Part shown: in pieces, positions 6,971-11,381 of the stretch | How the letters are laid out: each line of letters starts with the position of its first letter | Position numbering within the stretch: the first letter of the stretch is position 1 | Assembly: GCA_048881705.1 (NCBI GenBank) | Contig: JBHLSH010000096.1 | Span: 1 to 11,381, forward strand | Direction: 5' to 3' | From: Candidatus Heimdallarchaeota archaeon | GTDB taxonomy: Archaea > Asgardarchaeota > Heimdallarchaeia > Hodarchaeales > Hodarchaeaceae | DNA: 11,381 bases | The notes under the pieces: model-generated | What the model was told of the DNA's origin: nothing | What the model saw: the letters and a program-made list of their open reading frames with translations, nothing else | The model's database searches: none | Translations under genes and position numbers: made by a program

Positions 6971-8143
6971 ATGCCAAAAAGGAAAGTAGGAGTATTAACA
7001 GGGGGAGGGGATTGTCCTGGGCTGAATAGTGTCATTTACGGAATCCTGTTGAAGGCTACAAAAGAGGGCCATTCAGTAATCGGGATTGAAAAGGGATGGA
7101 AAGGCTTTCTTGAAAACCGCACGCGAGAGCTTAAGATCAAGAATCTTATCGATCTGCATAAACTGGGAGGAACCTACCTATATACATCACGTACAAATCC
7201 ATACAAAGACGCGAAGAAGATAAAGGATCCAATAAAGAGAGATCAAGCAATAAAAGAAATTGCGGAATCGATGGCAAAACAGTTCGATATCCTTGGTATA
7301 GACGCGTTAATTACTATTGGGGGGGACGATACTCTGGGAGTAGCCGCCGCTATGCATCGTTATGCCAATGCCAATGTCATAGGGGTTCCAAAAACAATTG
7401 ATAACGATCTGTCAAACACCGACTATACTTTTGGATTCTGGTCAGCAATTCAATTGGCTTCGGACACTATGGACAATATTTCTACCACTGCGCGATCTCA
7501 CCAACGGGTTTTTGTAGTACAAGTGATGGGCCGAGACGCAGGATGGTTAACATTAGTAAGCGGAATCTCAACGGGGGCAGATATAATATTAATCCCAGAA
7601 AAATCCTTTGACTTAGAGAAGGACGTCATTCAAGTGCTATTGCAAAGAGTGAGAGCAGGCCACAAGTATCACATCATAGCGTGTAGTGAAGGGGCCGTCC
7701 CAACCCAGGAATCTCTCAAACGGGACTTTAAAACGATATCAGAAGAAAAATTAGCCAATCTGCCAAAAGATGATTTTGGAAATCCCTTATTGGCTAAATT
7801 AAGTATTTCCAGTATTCTTGCTAAGGAACTAGAACACCGAGATGATTTGAAGGAAGCCTTCAAAAATGAAGATGCTGAATATGAAGTTCGAGACGTTATT
7901 CTTGGTCACACAATGCGTGCAGGCTCGCCCAATGCCTTTGATCGAATCTTAGGGCTTCGGTTAGGTATTCATGCTGCAGAATTGGTCGATCGAGGCAGCT
8001 TTGGGCAGATGGTGCGATTAACAGGGGAGTTTGTTGACGCCGTTCCACTTGAAACTGGAATCAAGAAAAAAACTATTCCTACTGATTCGGATTTGCTGGA
8101 AATCCGTGATTTGATCACTGGAGTGAAGCAAATTTCCAGGTAG
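6971..8143 (+). CDS. pfkA: 6-phosphofructokinase, PfkA family group III-like, predicted pyrophosphate-dependent
   Basis: TGGGDCPGLN, GGTYLYTSR, IGGDDTL, PKTIDND, VMGRDAGW, LGHTMRAG; SD-like CAGGTG upstream. Confidence 0.93.
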   Translation: MPKRKVGVLTGGGDCPGLNSVIYGILLKATKEGHSVIGIEKGWKGFLENRTRELKIKNLIDLHKLGGTYLYTSRTNPYKDAKKIKDPIKRDQAIKEIAESMAKQFDILGIDALITIGGDDTLGVAAAMHRYANANVIGVPKTIDNDLSNTDYTFGFWSAIQLASDTMDNISTTARSHQRVFVVQVMGRDAGWLTLVSGISTGADIILIPEKSFDLEKDVIQVLLQRVRAGHKYHIIACSEGAVPTQESLKRDFKTISEEKLANLPKDDFGNPLLAKLSISSILAKELEHRDDLKEAFKNEDAEYEVRDVILGHTMRAGSPNAFDRILGLRLGIHAAELVDRGSFGQMVRLTGEFVDAVPLETGIKKKTIPTDSDLLEIRDLITGVKQISR

Positions 8144-8169
8144 AAAGCAATCAAGCTAAAACTCTCAAA

Positions 8170-9345
8170 TTAGTATTTCCCATTCCTTTTTCCAATAAAG
8201 GTAAGAACGGTCAGAACCAAGAGAATCATGCCGAACGGGGGTAAATCTACCATCGAAGTTCTGGTGGTACTCTTCGTAGATTGAATCGAATCCGAAAAAG
8301 TTGGAATTGTACCGTTGTGTTCTCGAATTACCGTGTTGAGAGCTGCTGATACATTTAACAATCCATAACCGTAATCCTGGTCTTTACCCACTGATCCAAG
8401 GTCAGTACTTGTATTATGCAGTATTTCACGAACTTTGGGGATGGATAATGTACTATTCAGGGACAGCATTAGTGCTATTGTTCCAGAAACGAGAGGAGCG
8501 GCGAATGAGGTTCCTATTCCCAAAACAATATCAGGTGAATCGGGTATAATCGTGGGGATATCTTGACCAGGGGCACAAATTTCGTTTTGGTCACCTGTCA
8601 AAGAAAAGAAGGCAATTCCTTTGGTTTTGTTCACAGCCGAAACAGCAATCACTTCCGAATAGGCCCCCGGATAGGATACGCCTTCGTCGTTTGCAAATAA
8701 TTTATTGCCTGTTACTCCAACTATAGCTACTCCATTTGAGTAAGCACGTTCAATTGCATCATGAAACGATTGAGGAGGAATGCCAATCGCTTGCACAGAT
8801 AAGTGGATGATTTTTGCTCCATTGTTCACCGCATAATCTATGGCATCAATGAACATGTCCCAATCATCCGCTGCAAACTGATTATTGTCATCGAGAAAGC
8901 GGAGAGCCATAATCCTTATCTTAGGGGCGATTCCAACGCTTAAGTGATTATCATCGTCCGCGACTAATATTCCAGAAACCTTTGTACCATGGGGATGGCC
9001 TGGCCTTGGATCGTTATCATCATCTCGAAAATCCCATCCGATCATGTCATCGACGTATCCATTACTGTCATCATCTAAGCCATTTCCCGCTATCTCTCCT
9101 GGATTTGTCCACGTTTGATTGAAAAGATCGGGGTGGTCAATGTCAATACCAGAATCAATGATGGCAACCACAATAGCGGGCGATCCCTGAGTGTAATTCC
9201 AAGCAGCCTCGGCTCCGACCATTTCCAGATGCCACTGGATATCAGAACTCGTGATCGAAGACGAAATTCCGCGGCAAAGAAACGATCCGTGGATGAAAAG
9301 GAATATGGAAAGAAGAGTTGTTGAGATTCTGATGGCCGATTCCAA
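8170..9345 (-). CDS. S8 family subtilisin-like serine protease with a signal peptide and C-terminal TM anchor
   Basis: Catalytic triad motifs AIIDSG, HGTKVSG and GTSFAAP; DDDSNGYVDDMIGWDF Ca-binding-type insert; oxyanion TGN; S/T-rich linker, hydrophobic helix and basic tail. TTG start with SD GAGGT 7 nt upstream. Confidence 0.93.
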   Translation of the reverse strand: MESAIRISTTLLSIFLFIHGSFLCRGISSSITSSDIQWHLEMVGAEAAWNYTQGSPAIVVAIIDSGIDIDHPDLFNQTWTNPGEIAGNGLDDDSNGYVDDMIGWDFRDDDNDPRPGHPHGTKVSGILVADDDNHLSVGIAPKIRIMALRFLDDNNQFAADDWDMFIDAIDYAVNNGAKIIHLSVQAIGIPPQSFHDAIERAYSNGVAIVGVTGNKLFANDEGVSYPGAYSEVIAVSAVNKTKGIAFFSLTGDQNEICAPGQDIPTIIPDSPDIVLGIGTSFAAPLVSGTIALMLSLNSTLSIPKVREILHNTSTDLGSVGKDQDYGYGLLNVSAALNTVIREHNGTIPTFSDSIQSTKSTTRTSMVDLPPFGMILLVLTVLTFIGKRNGKY

Positions 9346-9361
9346 AGGATTTACCTCTTAA

Positions 9362-10723
9362 TCAACGAACCTGCGAAATTTCCTCTATATGTAGCTCAAT
9401 TCCCAGAGTCTTACTTTTTTTTTGAATTTGAGCTATTCCCTTGTTGGGATTGCGAATTGATAGCTCTATAATCCATTCCTTGGGAAAAAAGAGTTCTTTT
9501 TGGACATTTACTGTTTCATGGCAAAAGGCCCGAAACTTCGGGTGCGGCGGGAACTTGCACCGATATAGATTTTTGGGACGAAAATGTCCTATTGCCTCAA
9601 CCAGCGGCTTGATATCCCGAGTAGCTGATAAGGGTACAATTTGAATTCCTGGAAATTCCGCTTGGAGAATTTTAATGCGATTTTTTAGCTGACTTCTTTC
9701 TGAACTGTCCTCTAACAAATCGATCTTGTTTAGTACAACAATCCGTTTATTCTCGGGATAGATTTCTTTCAATGTATTATCGATCAGTTGCGCTTTTCGC
9801 TGAACTACAGCAGGGCTATCACTCACATCAATCACCATGATTAAGAGGTCCGCAGCCAAACCTTCCTCCAAGGTTGACTTAAAAGAGTCAATCAAGAATG
9901 TTGGAAGATCCTCCAAAAATCCAATGGTATCAGAAACAAAAATCTTCAGATCGTCTAGGTGGAAACTTCTTACACGAGTATCCAGAGTTTCAAAAAGACG
10001 GGAACCTACGCTTACCGTGCTTCCTGTGAGCTGGTTTAAAATGGTGCTTTTGCCCGCCGAAGTATACCCAACCAAACAACAGTATAAACTGTCTTGATGA
10101 AACCTTTTTCGTAATCCCCGTCTGGTTTCTCGCTGCATTTTTAGGGAGACCAGGCGTTTTCGGAGAAGAGCCTCTTTCTTGGCAACAGCTGCGTCCAAAA
10201 CATTCAATGGGTTTTCTCCTGTACTCCAAAATCCCGAACGTTCTGTATGCCACGCGCCTTCAAGTCCGAGCTGATGCATTAGGCGAACACGTTCTCGGGG
10301 TGATTCATATCTCAATGCCGCCAGTTCAATCTGGAGTTTGGATTCCTCGGTCATAGCCCGGTCTTCGAATATTTCAAGGACCAATTCGAATTTATCCCAA
10401 ATGGGATATGGAAACATCTGCTCTAGGTTAATATGTTGTTTAGGAGAAAGATGAACGCCAGCTATTATGTTTAGAGGAACGAGACTTTGCTCCAATTCAT
10501 ATTTGATTTCCTGCAAACGGAAGTTAGAGAAATAGAAATTCGAATCATTGGCAGGTAGAAGATACTCGGAAATAACACGATAGTTAGCTGATTTCACGAG
10601 TAACCGAAGTTCGCGATTTAAGTAGAGCTGATGAGGATTATCGGTAGGTCGTGGGAGGAATAAGACGCATTCCCCCTTCGGATGTGATTTCTCATCTTCC
10701 TTAAAATCATGCAGAACTCTCAT
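9362..10723 (-). CDS. hflX: Ribosome-associated GTPase HflX
   Basis: DKFELVLEIFEDRA, KLQIELAALRY, G1 GYTSAGKS, G2 LFETLD, G3 DTIGF, STLEE, G4 NKID, G5 SA. Confidence 0.95.
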   Translation of the reverse strand: MRVLHDFKEDEKSHPKGECVLFLPRPTDNPHQLYLNRELRLLVKSANYRVISEYLLPANDSNFYFSNFRLQEIKYELEQSLVPLNIIAGVHLSPKQHINLEQMFPYPIWDKFELVLEIFEDRAMTEESKLQIELAALRYESPRERVRLMHQLGLEGAWHTERSGFWSTGENPLNVLDAAVAKKEALLRKRLVSLKMQRETRRGLRKRFHQDSLYCCLVGYTSAGKSTILNQLTGSTVSVGSRLFETLDTRVRSFHLDDLKIFVSDTIGFLEDLPTFLIDSFKSTLEEGLAADLLIMVIDVSDSPAVVQRKAQLIDNTLKEIYPENKRIVVLNKIDLLEDSSERSQLKNRIKILQAEFPGIQIVPLSATRDIKPLVEAIGHFRPKNLYRCKFPPHPKFRAFCHETVNVQKELFFPKEWIIELSIRNPNKGIAQIQKKSKTLGIELHIEEISQVR

Positions 10724-10751
10724 AATTCTGTCCTCGATATAACCTATTTTT

Positions 10752-10759
10752 TTTTAAAA
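10752..10759. promoter_or_regulatory. Candidate TATA box (palindromic TTTTAAAA) for hflX, possibly also used by the divergent small ORF
   Basis: TTTTAAAA about 29 nt upstream of the hflX ATG; GAGGA SD-like element 7 nt before the ATG. Confidence 0.45.
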
Positions 10760-10838
10760 TTTTGGAGCAGTGATTAAGAACAATTACCTCAGGACTTTGT
10801 CGGAGGATTGTGGGGAAATTTTAGGTTCTTAAAAGAAA

Positions 10839-11060
10839 ATGGGGGTACTTAGGTTTACAAGGTTGAGTCAAGTGACCGTGGTTCAGTGTCCCAATTGCCA
10901 CACCATAATCCGGGTAACAACTCGAAACCTGGAAGTTTGTTGTGTTTGCTATAACATTCTTGTTGTTGCGGGCGAACTGCAATCGCATGTTTCAACCGTA
11001 AGTGCTGACTGTAAACTTTGTGATCAATTAGCTCAACCTGCGTTGTGTCCCGTTCCTTGA
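10839..11060 (+). CDS. Putative small Cys-rich zinc-ribbon protein
   Basis: 73 aa with 8 Cys: CPNC-x13-CCVC, then H50, CKLC and C70; divergent from hflX. No recognisable family; a competing 73-aa antisense ORF exists. Confidence 0.4.
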   Translation: MGVLRFTRLSQVTVVQCPNCHTIIRVTTRNLEVCCVCYNILVVAGELQSHVSTVSADCKLCDQLAQPALCPVP

Positions 11061-11381
11061 ACTCAAATGTGAGCATTTCTCAGAAAGAAGCACATAGATT
11101 CCGATTAAACCGATTTATGAATATTAAACGAGAATAAAATGGATATTAGTCTAAGTGCTGGTTTCCATTTGGTCACTTTTTTGATTTACCTTTGTTTCTC
11201 GCCTAAAAGCCCAGAAATGTTAACAATTCTGGCCAGCCAATTTTTGGTCTAGGGCTGAAATAACCTATGGGTCTTGGCACCGATCTACATCCTATTTTCT
11301 CGCCCATATAGGGGGTAGAAAAGGATATTGAGAAATAATTATAGTTAATTTTTTAACCTAGACTCGGATTGCCTACATGAC

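Noticed and set aside
7319-7325. G7 homopolymer in pfk as a phase-variation or frameshift site
   Set aside because: Explained by the conserved Gly-Gly-Asp codons; the ORF is intact.
2752-10253. Other short ORFs in the track (2752-2973, 3071-3313, 3883-4113, 4723-5697 set, 5574-5825, 6017-6247, 6772-7035, 7669-7863, 7969-8154, 9115-9324, 9441-9644, 9837-10097, 9990-10253)
   Set aside because: All overlap well-supported genes, antisense or out of frame, and show no motifs.
10839-11060. LysW/ArgW amino-group carrier protein
   Set aside because: The zinc-ribbon spacing is similar, but the essential acidic C-terminal EDWGE motif is absent and there are no lys/arg genes nearby.
10855-11076. Antisense 73-aa ORF as the real gene
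   Set aside because: No motif, whereas the plus-strand frame has an ordered CxxC pattern; not fully excluded.
1-11381. CRISPR array, tRNA/rRNA, IS element or prophage
   Set aside because: No regularly spaced repeats, cloverleaf structures, transposase or integrase genes, or terminal inverted repeats with target-site duplications were seen.

Overview
An 11.4 kb gene-dense housekeeping and metabolic segment, most likely from an archaeon of the TACK/Asgard group. A Heimdallarchaeia-like Asgard is my best inference, based on a Sulfolobus-type geranylgeranyl reductase, an archaeal-type HflX, TATA-like boxes, an AGGTGA ribosome-binding site, and sequon-rich surface proteins with C-terminal anchors. 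Gene order: 3' end of a heme O synthase (ctaB/cyoE-like, +); bacterial/eukaryotic-type SAM synthetase metK (-); a 439-nt structured intergenic region; MTAP/PNP-family phosphorylase with 6-oxopurine/MTI-type residues (-), closely coupled to an orphan BMP/PnrA-type substrate-binding protein (-); geranylgeranyl reductase (+); two-TM protein with a C-terminal zinc ribbon (+); PPi-type phosphofructokinase (+); propeptide-less, membrane-anchored S8 subtilase (-) directly downstream of hflX (-); and a candidate small Cys-rich zinc-ribbon ORF (+). I found no CRISPR array, tRNA, rRNA or mobile element. The most notable items are the non-archaeal-type MetK with some eukaryote-like residues, its structured upstream region with a motif shared with a distant intergenic region, and a putative nucleoside/methylthio-nucleoside scavenging module. 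No complete novel system can be established from the sequence alone.
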